The translations under genes were made by a program, and so were the position numbers. A DNA stretch of 63,987 bases, counting the filler, from Chrysochromulina tobinii (Eukaryota), in assembly GCA_001275005.1 (NCBI GenBank). It is 6 parts of 6 records of this genome, joined end to end, with 100 filler letters (N's around TTAATTAATTAA, not from the genome) between each part and the next. Parts side by side here need not be neighbours in the genome. Positions count along the whole stretch, not along the records: positions 1 to 12,055 come from JWZX01001385.1; 5 more parts are not named here. One strand, 5' to 3'. Positions 1-12,155 of this stretch are shown in pieces. Positions within the stretch are counted from its first letter, which is position 1. Every line of letters begins with the position of its first letter. The notes beneath the pieces were generated by a model that saw nothing but the letters and a program-made list of their open reading frames with translations, made no database searches and was not told the DNA's origin.

Positions 1-3000
1 GGCGCGGTCCGCGGGCGTTGCGTTGCAGACGGCGGATGCGCCGACAGTGCGCAAGTGGCTGCTAGGTGCGGAGGCTCGTCAGTCGGGGCTGAGCCGCGAG
101 GAGGGCCTGGCGCTGCTGGCGCACTGCCTGAGCGATATGATCGACGGCTCGGTTGACGTGGGCGTGCTGCACGGCCTGAGGCTGCTGCCACTCGCTAGTG
201 GCTCGTTCGGTGAGCTGCAACTCGCCGACGCGCCCTCGCTCTTGCTTTGCGAAGCTTCCGAGCGTAAGCTGTTTTGCCATCAGCCTGCGCTGCTCGTGGC
301 GGTCGACTTGGACGGTCCTCTCGGCCAGGTGCTCGGGCGCGTAGCCGCCTCGGGACGCACGAATGTCTCTCGCTTCTCCGCGGCGCTTGTGGCGCGTCTG
401 CTGCCCGCGATGCTCCCGTCTGGGTGGCGCGGAGCCGAGGTGGTTGCACTCCGCGCCGTGTCGGCCACGGCGCCTGTTGCCGATGGCACCCTCGGCGCCG
501 CGGTCGAGGAGTGGCCTCCGGCTGATGGCGACGGGGAGCCAACTATGGAGTGGCTGCTGGCGCTCTGGGAGTACCTCGGCCATTCGCATGCTCAGGCGCC
601 GCTCGCGCCCCTCGCTGGCTGGCCCCTGCTGCCTGCCGACGGCGATGTGGCGTATGCAATACCTAAGGGTGGATTGCAAGCCTCTCGCATGCTCGACTTG
701 GAAGGCTGCCCCGCGGAGCTGAGCCGGTGCCTGCGCGGTGCAGGCTGCTTGGCGCTGCACGGGAGCGTGAGCCATGCGCACCCGCAGCTGCGCCAATGCG
801 CACCGACGGTGTCAGCGTGCTCGGTGCTCCGTGCACTTCAGGTTGCGGCCACAAGCGCTGCCGTGGGTAGCTTCGACAGGAGCATCGGCGGCCTCTTCGT
901 ATCTGTCGGCCTGTCCGAACGACGCGCACTCCGGGCGATGCTCGCGGAGAGGCGCCATGTCGAGCAGCGAGAACTCTCTGGCGCCGACCATGGCAGATTA
1001 TTGGGCGTGCTCCGCGAGCTGCCCATCTACGAGGTACATGCATCCTCTCTGCCAATGGCTCATTCGGCCGCCGAAGGCGAGCCTGTGGAACGGTGCGCCG
1101 AGGAGAGTGAGGCCACAGGGTTTGGTTGCGTGGCGCTCGATTTGGAGATCCATCGTCTCGCGCCCGAGGGCATCCAGATGTCGCTGCTGGACGAGCGCTT
1201 CGTGCGCTGCGTGGTCACAGGCGAGTCGGGCCTCGTGCTCTTCGCGGGCATCCCGCAGATCGGGCGCAGCCGCTTCTACCGCGAGCATGTGTTCCCTCGG
1301 CTGGGTGAGCTGCAGGCGAGCGAGCGCGACCGCGCGATGGTGGGTGCTCTGTACGAGCTGCACGCGTTGAGTGCGGAGGACGCGGGGTTTGTGGACGCGT
1401 TGCGAGAGCTGGCGTTCGTGCCGGTGGCGCGCGGCGGTCTGCGCCGCGCCAGTGAGCTGTTTCATCCGCGTGTTGGGGAGGCGGCGGAGCTGCTGGATGG
1501 CGCGGAGGTCTACCCGAGCGGCTTGTTCGCCGAGGCGGACGCATTGAGCGTGCTCGAGCGACTGGGCATGCGCGCGCTCGTGACGCGGAGCGCGGTGCTG
1601 CAGAGCGCGCGCGCCATCGAAACCTTGTCGCGCCTCGACACGGGCGATGAGGGCGACGTGGCGCGCCGTCGTGGTTTTAAGCTGCTCGCCTTCATCAACA
1701 CGCACCTCGAGCGCCTTCCTGTCGACGTCGATGAGTTTCAGCCGCTCCTCGACGACCTTGAGTTCACACGTGCGCTCGCCAAGACGGCGTGGATGCCAGT
1801 GCTCCGGACGGCGGCGCACCCTCAGTTGCCGTGGGCGGCGCGGCAGAGCGCTGTCGCGGCGCCTGAGGCGCTGCGCCCTCTCAAAGACATGTGGCTCGTG
1901 TCGCACTGCCTGGGGGTCTTGGAGGGCGAGCTCACCTGCGAGCCGCTCGTGTGCGCCTTTGGGTGGGCCGCGCCGCCGCGGGCGCCGATCGTGTGCGCGC
2001 AGCTGGTGCAGCTCGCCAAGATTTACAGCGCGGCGACCGTGTCGGAGCTCATGCTGTGGAATGAGCTGTGCGAGCCCGCGTACGCGCAGCTCACGGCGCT
2101 TGCGTCCACGCCCGAGTTTGCACCAGTCGAGACGATGCTGCGCTCGCGCCCGTGCCTCTGGATCGATCGTGACGTGGGATTCCTCTCGCCCGAGCATGTG
2201 GCCTTCTCCGAGTCTACCGTCGCGTCCAGGTACCTGATGACCTCTGACGAAACCTCTGATTGCCTCTGATGACGTCCGAGTGCATCCCTCGTCAGGTACC
2301 TGATGACCTCTGATGAAACACCTCTGATTGCCTGTGATGACGTCCGAGTGCATCCCTCATCAGGTACCTCGCGCGCGTGACGCCGCAGCTGCTCGCCTTT
2401 GAGCCACTGCTCCGCGCTCTCGGTGTGCGCGAGTCCCTCTCGCCGCGTGACTACGTGCACGCGAACACGTGCTTCGTGCGCGACGCCAAGGAGCGGCCCC
2501 TCGCGCCCGAGACGCTCAAGGCGTGTGTCGCCTCGCTTGGCGCCATCGTCACGTCCGCGCAGGCGGAGGGCAGCGCCGTGCAGGGCAGCGCCGATGTGCT
2601 CACCCAGCACGGGGCTGTCTTCGTACCGGACACGGCGTGCGTGCTGCGTCCCGTCGCTGAGCTCACCTTCGATGACGCGCCGTGGATGTCGACGGCTCTA
2701 CGCGCGCAGCCCGACGGCGCTGGCCTACGGTTCGTGCGCATGGCCAACGCCCCACACAAGCCGACGCATGCAAGTGCTCACCACGGCGCGCGCCCTCCCC
2801 CCCCCCCTTTAGGTTCGTGCACGAGAGTGTGTCGAGCTCCCTGGCCGAAGCGCTTGGCGCCCGCTCGCTCCGCTACATGCTGCTGCTCGAAGAGAAGCTC
2901 ACCGATCGTCTTCCATGCCCGACGACGGAGCAAGTAGGCCGTGCGCTCGCCGAAGGCGCGCCCGGGATGGCGCCCGGGTTGCACGTGCTCATGGACTTGA

Positions 3001-4076
3001 TCGAAGTCGCTGAAGCGCTCGGCGCACACGCCGTGCATCTGCTGCTCGATCGGCGCAAGCACGGCACGCATTCGTTGCTCTCGCCCTCCCTCAGCGCCTT
3101 CCAAGGCGAGGCGCTGTGCGTCTACATGCCCGGCGTCCTCCTCGACAAGGAGCGCCTGTGCCGGCTGCAGCTCCCGTACGACGCGCGTACCGGTACGTCC
3201 AAAGGGGGCGCGGCCGTGGCGGGCGCCGTCCCGGGCACCGCCACCGAGCACAACCGGGTGCGCCAGCGGCTGCTCGGCATGTACGTGCTCTCGGAGGTGG
3301 CGTGCGTCGTGAGCGGCGGCTCCATGGTCTTCTTCGACCCGAGTGGCAAGTACCTGCCCGCGTCCGTCACGGGCGCCGTCTCGAGCGCCCCCACGGGCGC
3401 CGTCTCGAGCAAGTACCTGCCCGCGTCCGTCACGGGTGGCGGCGACGCATCGAGCGCCGTCTCGAGCGCTTCCGCGGGCGCCGTCTCGAGCGCTTCCTCG
3501 AGCGCCGTCTCGAGCGCTTCCTCGGGCGCCGTCTCGAGCAAGGACAGGGGCGCCGACTCGAGCGCCGTCGGGCGAGCGTACCCGATCGTACCGGGCGACC
3601 TTCCCCAGCGGTTCCCCGACCAATTCGCACCGCTTGGCGTCTTTGGCTTCCGTCCGCACGCAGGCAAGCCTTTGGACGGCACGCTGCTGCGCCTGCCTCT
3701 GCGGACACACCTGCTCGCGGTGCACAGCCAGCTGTGCACGCAATTCTGGCGCGTGCCACGCGTGCGCAGCCTGGTGCAGTCGCTGCAGAGGCACGCGCCC
3801 ACCCTCCTCCTCGGGCTCAGCCACGTCGACGTCGTCTCGGCGGCGGAGTGGCCCCCAACTGACGAGGCACCCACGCGCACGCTGCAGGTCTCCCTCGCGC
3901 CCAGCTCGCTCGATGGACTCGCCTCGCGCGGAGCCCTGCTCAAGGAGACCTCGTGGCGCCAGGTCTCCCTCATGGGCTTCTTCGGCGCCAAGCAGCACAA
4001 GGAGGGCATGCTCACGCTCGATGTGACGATCATCTCGCGCGAGCTCGAGCGTCGTGGTGAGCGCGAGCTCGAGCGT

Positions 4077-4108
<32 letters not shown>

Positions 4109-7100
4109 CTCGCGCAGCGCAACAACGGTCGCGAGCGGCGACCAGCCGACTTCCAGGCCCTCGACGGAGTCGCCGACGCGCGAGTTGCCCACCGCCCACC
4201 ACGACGTGCCGCCCGCCACGACGCGCGAGTCGCCCACCGCCCACCCCGACGCCCCGCCCGCCACGGCGCCAGCCACCGCGGCTCTGCCGAGCGTCGTGGT
4301 GGGCGAGGCGGACGTGGTGCTGCTCGCCGTGGCCACGGGGCCAGCCGTCGAGGGCGCCGAGCTCGTGGATGGCCACGTCATCCATCGCGATGGCGAGGCG
4401 CTGGGTGCGCATCCATTGCATGCGAGTGCTCAGCACAGCGCGTTCGGCCGCCCCGGGGATGCGCAGCCGACGGGTCCATTGCATGCAAGTGATCACCACA
4501 GCGCGTTCGGTGGCCCCGGGGATGCGCAGCCGACGGGTGCGCGCGCACACCACGACGCCCTCGATGGCATCGTCGTCGACGACGATGAAGATCTGGACGG
4601 CATCGACGATGAGCAGGCGGACGAGGACGACGGCGCCGCGCTGCTTCGGTGCCCCGAGCAACTTCACACCGACCGTTGGCTCATGTGTGAAGTGCTCGCG
4701 GCTGGGCGCACACGGACCCTCGCTCTCGACGGGCGCTTCGCCGCGCGCGGCGCGATGCCCTACGCCGCCGTGGCCGCCCACCTGCTCCACGATGGGCACG
4801 TGCCTCAGAAGCCATATGGCGGGGAGCTTGCTGCGCCGCTACCTCTGACGCTTCGGACCGGGCTTCCGGTCCACGTCATGGGCCGGTTCGAGATGCATCC
4901 GGTGAGGCGGGCCGTGCCTCTGACGAAACCTCCGAGCGCCTCTGACGAAACCTCCGATCGCCACCCCCCCTCAGGTGACGCGGGCCGTGCCTCTGGCCGC
5001 GGAGAGCTCTCACGCGGACGAGGCGATGCGCGTCGAGTGGAATCGCGAGCTCCTTGGCGCCGTCGCGAGCGCATATGCGTCGCTGCTGGGCCTGCTCCCC
5101 CGCCAGATGCAGCGCCAGCCGCCCGAGACCATGTACCGGTACTTCCCGACCGGCAGCGCCGTCGCAATCGAGGAGCTCCAACCAACGCTGCTCACGCCGC
5201 TGTACGCCGCGACGGCGGACTCGCCCCTCTTCCTGGCGCAGGTACGTTGATGGCCACTGAGGACCTGCCTTGCATGCGAGTGCTCACCACAGCGCCATGC
5301 TGCCCCTCTCTCTGGCGCAGTCGCGCGATGTCGAGGACGGCGAGCGTGCGCCGCCTCGGCGACTGTGCAAGCTCGAGGAAGGCCTTCTGCTCCCGAGCGG
5401 TCTCGACGCGCGGCTCGAGGCGTTCGTGCGCCAGCACTTTACCATCTTCGACCTGCCGCAGCCTCTCGCTGAGCACCTGATCCACCACGGGCCACCTGCC
5501 GCTCGGCCGTTCACGCCGCTCGCGATGCGCCAGGTGCGTTGATTGCCACTGATGACCTGCCTTGCATGCAAGTGCTCACCACCGCTCGGCCGTTCACGCC
5601 GCTCGCGATGCGCCAGTACCTCAAGCGTAAGCTCGCGGACCCAAAGAAACGCGAGCGCCGCCTCTCCATGGGCGCCTGGGACGCGATGCACTCGGCCCCC
5701 TTTGTGCTCGATCTACTCGCGCTGTGCGTCGACGACCTCAAAAAGGGCACGTACGCCGAGCTCGACGAGCTCTATCTGCTTCCCCTCGCCAAGGGAGCCC
5801 AGGTGCGTTGATGGCCACTGATGACCTGCCTGGCATGCAAGTGCTCACCACAGCGCCGTGCTTCCCCTCGCCAAGGGACCCCTCGCCCGTCTCGGCGCGC
5901 CCGAGCGCTACATCGTCGCCTCCGGCGAGCAGCAGAAACTGCTGCCGCACCTGCTGCCCCAGTTTGTCTCGCCGCTGTGCGTGGAGCATCCCAAAGTAGG
6001 CGTCCTGTTTGCGAGCAGGTGGGCTTGCCGATGATGACCACTGATGACCACTGATGACCTGCCTCGCATGCAAGTGCTCACCACAGCGCCCTGTTTGCGA
6101 GCAGCTCGGGCCACCTTGGACTGCTCGCTGCGGACTTTCGGCGCGCGACGAAGCTTCGAGAGCTCGATCTGCAACTTCTCGCTCGCGAGATCCGGATGCC
6201 GGCGTCGCAGGCGCCCGCGCCGGAGTGGCTCCATGCCTTCTGGGGCACCGTCGCCGCCCACGCCCCCGCCGCTGCGCAGGGCATCGGAGCTTCCCACCTC
6301 AAGGAGCTGACCGACCTCTTCGGGCCGCGTCGCAAACTGCTGCCGCTCGCCTCCGGGGAGGTGGCGGCTCTTGAAGACCTTGCCACCGTCCTCGCTCTCC
6401 CCGAGGACCTTGCGAGCACTCCACTCGTCACCACGCCGGGAAGCGTCGTCGGCGTCGGGGTCGCCGGTGCGCCGACGCGTTCGTCCGCGCCGCCCCCGCC
6501 TTCGAATGGTTCGAATGGGCTGTACGATGCGGACACGCTGGACGCGTTGGACACCTTGGAACGTGCCAACGCCCCTCGCGACGCGCCCGGGACGGCGCCT
6601 CGAGACGCGCCGCCGCCGGTCGTCGGTGCAGCCATCCTCACGGAACGGTCCCTCGACGGAACTGACGGAACTGACGGAACTGACGGAACTGACGGAACTG
6701 ACGCAGCCATCCTCACGGTACGGTCCCTCCTCGCGACCCTCGCGATGCCGCTGCTCGCGCCCGCTTTCGTGCGCGCGCCCGGGACGGCGCCTCGCGCGGT
6801 CTCCGAGGGCGCCGCCGCAGCGGCGGCCGCCGCCATCGGCATCGCGCCGGCCCTCGGGCAGGGCTACTTCGCCGCCGATGCGTCTGACGAGCACCATGTG
6901 GCGGGCGCACTTGTCGACAAGCTGGGGAGCGCGCACTCGGCGGGGGTGGTGCAGTGGGGAGCCTTGCATGCAAACCCGGCGAGCACGCGCGCGCTCGTCG
7001 CGACGATTGCGCGCGCGCATGCGGCGCGGGGTGGGCAGCGGCTGCTCAGCCCGAGCCGCAAGGCCGTGCTCGCCAAGCTGCCCATCTTTGAGACGTGCGC

Positions 7101-10100
7101 GCCGGAGATGGTCATGCGCGGCGCCGGGCGGGCCGAGGCGCGAGGGTACGAGGGCGCGAGGGCGCCCGAGACGACGCGTTTCGTCAGCCTCGACGAGCCG
7201 CGCTACCTGCTGGCGGCTCGCCATCCCCTGTTTTCCCCTTCGGCCGCGCAGGCGGTCCACTTTCTCGCCCACGACGCGCCCGCACCAGTGCTCGCCCTGC
7301 TCGAGGACATGGGCGTGCGTCGGCTCGAGGATCACGACGTGTGCGAGCTCTTCGTGCTGCCGACCTTCTCCTCCCTGGCGTCGTCCAAGCAGCGCGCGGT
7401 GCGCGAGCACCTGCTGCGCCACTGGCAAGCCTTCCGGCAGCACGACCGGCTGCGCGAGGCGCTCAGGACGACGCCATTCGTTCCGGTAGGCGAGCGCCTC
7501 CTTCGGCCTTCCGAGGTGCTCGACCCTCGCGTCGATGTGCTCTCGTACATCTTTGGTGGCGAGTCGGTCTTTCCCGAGGCCGAGTGCTGCACCGACGAGT
7601 GGCTCGCGATGCTCGCCGCCCTCGGCATGCGCACCTCGATCGACCGCAACGCCTTCCTCGAGTGCGCGCGCAAGGTACGCTGCAGCTGCGCCCCCAGTCA
7701 CAGCATGCAAGTGCTCAGCACGGCGTCGCTGCAGCTCGGCCCCCAGTCACAGCATGCAAGTGCTCAGCATAGCGTCCTCCCTTCCCCCCTTTCCCCCTTT
7801 CACAGGTGCAGCAGCTCGGCGGCGCGCAGCCATTTGGCACGCCACGCGCCGAAGCTCCGCCCACGCCCGACGTGCTCTCGCGCGCCGCTTTGCTGACCTC
7901 TCATTTGATCGCTCACTTCGGCGCGCTCACCTCCACCGCCGAGGACGACGACGACGGCAACGACGGCGGCGACGACGACGCCGCGCGCGCGACGGGCGCC
8001 GCCGACCGCTCACCCTCAGCCTCGATCTCGATCTCGAGCTTCTGCGCCTCGCTGAGCCGCGTGCGCTTCATCCCGAGCCATGCGCCGTCGGCGGGCGTCG
8101 CAGCGCATGCAGGCGAGCCGACGCTCGCGTGCTTCGCCGAGCTCGCGCTGCACCAGGTGCGTTGATGGCCACTGAGGACCTGCCTTGCATGCAAGTGCTC
8201 ACCACAGCGCCGTGCTGCACCAGGACCGCCACCTGGTGTGGAGCGTCGCGCCGCTACTCAAGCGCGAGCTCACACCGCCGAGATCGCACTGGGGGGAGCT
8301 CGGGCTGCTGCACCCGCCCCCCCCCTCGCTCGTCCTCGCGCACGGGCTCACGATCTCCGCCGAGGCGCCGGACGCGTGGCCTTACCCCGAGGACCCCGCG
8401 GAGCTCGTCGTGGGCTCGATCTGGGCCTTCCTCAACGAGCGATGGCACACGATCCCCGCCGACCTCCGCGCGCGCCTCACGACGGCACCGTTGCTCCTAT
8501 GCGGCGCCGCCTTCGTCTCGCCGCAGCGTGCCTTCCGAAGCTGCCCCGCTTCGTGTCAGCCCCTCTTCCAGCCGACGGCGGCCCTCTCGAGCGTACCGGC
8601 ACCAGCCGAGTTTGTGCTCGAGTCTCTCGGGGTCGTGGCCGAGCCCACGCTGCAGCACTACACGCGGCTGCTGCGCGAGCTGCCCGCCGAGTGCTCGGGA
8701 CGACGCCTCTCGCCGCCCGAACGGCGCGCGCTACTCGCAGGTGGGCTTGCCACTGATTGCGATTGATTGCCATTGATTGCCTCTGAGTGCCTCTGAGTGC
8801 CTCTGATTGCTAATGAGTGCGAATGAGTGCGAATGAGTGTCTCTGAGTGCCAATGAGTGCCTCTGAGTGCCTCTGAGTGCCTCTGATTGCTTCTGAGAGA
8901 CCTCGCCGGAGCGCTGCTCGCTCCTCGCAGCCCTCAAGCTCGCCGCGAACGCGCCCGGCTTTGCGCCCGACGGCCGGCTGGCCGTGCTGACCGCCGACGG
9001 GTGCGCTGTGGCCGCGGACAAGGTCGCCGTCGACGATGCGCCGTGGCTGCTCCGTCGGCTTCGCTCGGGCGTTGTGCACGTGGCCTCGTGCGCCCTCGAG
9101 CCCGCACTGCGCGCGAAGCTCCGCCTCCGACCCCTCTCAGAGGTCATCCGAGTGGTCCTCGCCCCTGGTTCCGAGCCGACGATCGAGAACACGTGCGACG
9201 ACTTCGGTGCGGCCGAGCTCAGCGCAGCGCGCGGATCCGCTCGCATGCACGTGCTCACCACGGCGCCCCTCGTCTCCCCACAGGTGCGGCCGAGCTCACC
9301 GCGCGGATCCGCTCGATGGACTTTGCGGCGGCGGCGTCGCGACTGCTCGCCGCACACGCGGGCTGGCGAGATCGCGACCTCGTCGCGACGCCACGCGGGC
9401 TGCGCGCCGAGGCGATCGGGCTCGCGCTGCGCCCGTACCGAGTCACGCTCGTGCGCACGCTGCGCACGAGGCTGCAGCTCACCAGCAGCGGCGAGGACGT
9501 GACCGCGGCTGCTCCCTCCGACGACGGCCCCGGCCCCGGCGCGGCTGGCGCGGCTGGCGCGGCTGGTGCGGCTGGCGCGGCTGGTGCGGCGTCGACGAGC
9601 GCGGCGGCCTCTGCCCACAACGACGCGACTGCCCACGACGACGCGTGGTACGTCGACCGTAGGGGTTCGGAACTCCTACTGCTCGCCACGGCGCCGGCAG
9701 GGCTGAGCCGCGAGCTACTCCTCGCACAGGCCGTGTGTGAGGTGCTCGGGATCGACGCACCCACAAGCCTCGCGCCGTTACTTGCTGTGAATGCATCGCA
9801 GGCGCTCCCCACGCTCGCGCGGTTGAGGGTAGTGCCGCCGCCGCAATGGGCCGCCGCGAGTGCCATCGGCAGCGCAGGAACGCCTTGCACCCCCGAAGAC
9901 GAGGCCCTGCTTCAGCTCCGTCCCATGCGCGCCTACTTTGCGGGCGAGGTCGTGTGCATCTCCGCAAGCCAGCTCGGCGCCCACTACGGCGCTGCAGGGG
10001 TCGACGAGGCGGACGGGTACGTGTATGCCGAGGTGGACGTGGCCGTACCCGCCGCGACGGCGCCACACGCCGACGGGCGCGGCGGCGGCGGCTCCTTCGA

Positions 10101-10686
10101 CGGTGGCGGCGGCGCACTCTTTGGCATGCATTCTGGTGCACAGGTGACACTCCGGGTAGGCAGCCAGCGCACACGCATGCAATGCCTCTCTCTCCAGGTG
10201 CACTCATTCCGCTCGCTACGGCGCGAACGCGCCGAGGCGAGCGGTGCGACTGCCGTCGGCGGCCGCGCTCAAGACGGCGCCGACGGCGCGATGCCGGGCG
10301 CGATGCCGGGCTCGTCGACGGGTGCGCCGCCCGGCCCCTCCTCCGCTGAGCTCGTGGAGGCAGTCTCGGCGGTGCTGCGGCGCGCGGGCGTGCCGTTGGG
10401 GCTCGAGACGACCGAGCTGCTCGAGGCGAACCTCGCGCTCAAGACGGCGCTGACCGCGAGCCGCTCCGAGCTCGAGGAGCAAGCGCTCGAGACGACGCGT
10501 TGTCGCGAGCAGCTCGAGGCGATGGAGCGCGTCGTCACGTGCCAGGTGTGCATGACGCGGCGGACCGACACCCTGCTCGGCGGGTGCGGCCACCTCCTCT
10601 GCGCCACGTGCGCCAGGCAGGTCGGCGAGCGATGCCCCTATTGCCGCGCCGCGGTCACGGGGCAGATGATGCGCATGCGCTGGTGA
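1..10686 (+). CDS. SACS: Sacsin-like protein with C-terminal RING finger (5'-truncated; 11 inferred introns: 2230-2363, 2730-2812, 4902-4974, 5242-5320, 5534-5616, 5803-5875, 6019-6104, 7675-7805, 8157-8223, 8741-8930, 9207-9283)
   Basis: Sacsin-repeat motifs: LRRASELFHPRV..LERLGMR, LRFVHESVS..LG, a degenerate HATPase-like block LMDLIEVAEALGA..LLLDRRKHG..SLLSPSLSAFQGEAL, GTLLRLPLRT, TGLPVHVMGRF and LLRPSEVLDP. It ends in CQVC..CGHLLCATC..CPYC (RING), as plant-type sacsins do. Removing the GT-AG introns joins the ORF fragments in frame. Confidence 0.85.
2230..2363 (+). other. Tandem pair of near-identical introns (66 + 68 nt) joined at an AG|GT junction
   Basis: ccag|gtacctgatg...cgtcag|gtacctgatg...catcag|gtacctc; removal restores S-R-Y-L-A-R. 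Confidence 0.85.
5242..6104 (+). mobile_element. Cluster of four related introner-like introns (family B: 5242-5320, 5534-5616, 5803-5875, 6019-6104)
   Basis: Shared core gt(g/a)cgttgatggccactga(t/g)gacctgccttgcatgcaagtgctcaccacagcg (the 6019 copy has a variant 5' end), followed by a copy of upstream exon sequence. The same core is at 8157-8223 and, on the minus strand, at 51341-51415. Confidence 0.8.
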
Positions 10687-11835
10687 GGGCTGGTGAGGAG
10701 GCGACGGCACCAGGGCGGGGGGCTGGGAGCTCCGACGAGGGCTTGGAGCACTCCCTTCACACCGACGAGTCTATTCACACCGACGAGGGCTGGGAGCACT
10801 CCATCTTTCTCCTCCAGTCGGTTTGGGAGCCACAATGGCAGGTAGCGAGCGAAAAGAAGACATACTGGGGGGGCTTGTAACACCTCGGGTCCACTCGGGA
10901 GCACACCATCTTCCGAAGACACGGACAGCAGGGAGTTGACTGCATGAGGCATGAGGCTTGAGCGTTGAGTGCCGTCAAGAAGGACTGAGTTGCTGCACCG
11001 TCATGGCTCATGTGTCAACCGAGGCAACCGTGTACGGGTCGACGCGAGTAGGGTAAGGGTTGACACAAGCTGACACAACTACCGCGATGGTCGTGAGTAC
11101 TCTCTGTTCGCGACTGCCACACATCGATTGCGCGACGTCGGTCCGCGGCCGGAGGGTTCGGTTTACGCGATCCAGCGAAGCCCGAGAGCCTAGCCCGTGC
11201 GGGCCGCGCCCTAACATGTCCACACAGTCTGATCGGAACACCGAACACATCACAGCAGCTCCTCACACACTCCAGTGCAGGTCCAGAGTCGCCACGACCC
11301 TTTCGAGATGGTGGTAAGGGACGATGCGCCCAAGCCAGCCACCGCGCACCCCGACATTGCCACGTCGTCTACAGACAAGACACTCTTTCTCACCATGACC
11401 CTCGAAGGTCGAAGAGGACGCGCCGCGACCCTCCTGGAGTAAGCAGCACAGGGGAACCCCAGGACACCACCCCAGCGCCATGAATTTCTACAGCCGCAGC
11501 CAACTACGCATGAGTGCACGCATTCGAGTGCACGCCCCTGAGTGAAGGCGGGCGTGCATGTATGTATGTGAGCATGTATGTGAGCAGCCAGACTTGCAGC
11601 CTTACGCGCAGTCAGTCTCGTCGTACCCCAGGCCACCCGAGGCCATGCGAGCTGAGCACCATCATCCAGCCAAGAGCAAAAGCAGGTGCGCAGCGCGCGC
11701 GAGCGTGTCGAATCTTCAAGTCAAATTATCAAGCTCTTCAGCGACGAGGGCCTCGACTTCGTCTCCAACAGGGGCCGAGGGAGCCTCCGCCTCGGCACCC
11801 GCTGTCGGCGCGGCCGCACTTGGAGGCGCCTCAGG

Positions 11836-12055
11836 TGCAGCCCACGGGTCGTTTGCTGGCGCGGCAGGGGGGGCTGGCTCAGATGCAGCCCACGGGTCGT
11901 TTGCTGGCGCGGCGGGGGGGGCTGGCTCAGATGCAGCCCACGGGTCGTTTGCTGGCGCGGCGGGGGTGGCTGGGTCAGGGGCATCCTCAGAGAGAAACGG
12001 GTTTGCTCCTGAGAGAAACGGGTCGTTTGCTGGCGCGGCGGGGGGGGCTGGGGGG
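11836..12055. repeat. 48-nt tandem repeat (about 3 copies plus a partial one) at the contig end
   Basis: tgcagcccacgggtcgtttgctggcgcggc(a/g)gggg.ggctgg recurs at 48-nt spacing. Confidence 0.8.
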
Positions 12056-12155
12056 NNNNNNNNNNNNNNNNNNNNNNNNNNNNNNNNNNNNNNNNNNNNT
12101 TAATTAATTAANNNNNNNNNNNNNNNNNNNNNNNNNNNNNNNNNNNNNNNNNNNN
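12056..12155. other. Artificial contig-joining spacer
   Basis: N-run + TTAATTAATTAA (stops in all six frames) + N-run, 100 nt. Identical spacers are at 17199, 34530, 40045 and 56994. Confidence 0.97.

Noticed and set aside
2235..2330. ctgatga...cgaaac in introns resembles a hammerhead ribozyme core
   Set aside because: The bases between CUGAUGA and GAAA cannot form stem II, and no stems I/III are evident. The motif is explained by the decamer filler.
62..10710. Many long antisense and alternate-frame ORFs
   Set aside because: These are expected shadows of high-GC coding sequence; they are Arg/Ala/Pro-rich with no motifs.
11011..11067. 10-bp inverted repeat tgtgtcaacc/ggttgacaca
   Set aside because: It is too short and isolated to call a MITE or ncRNA without other copies.
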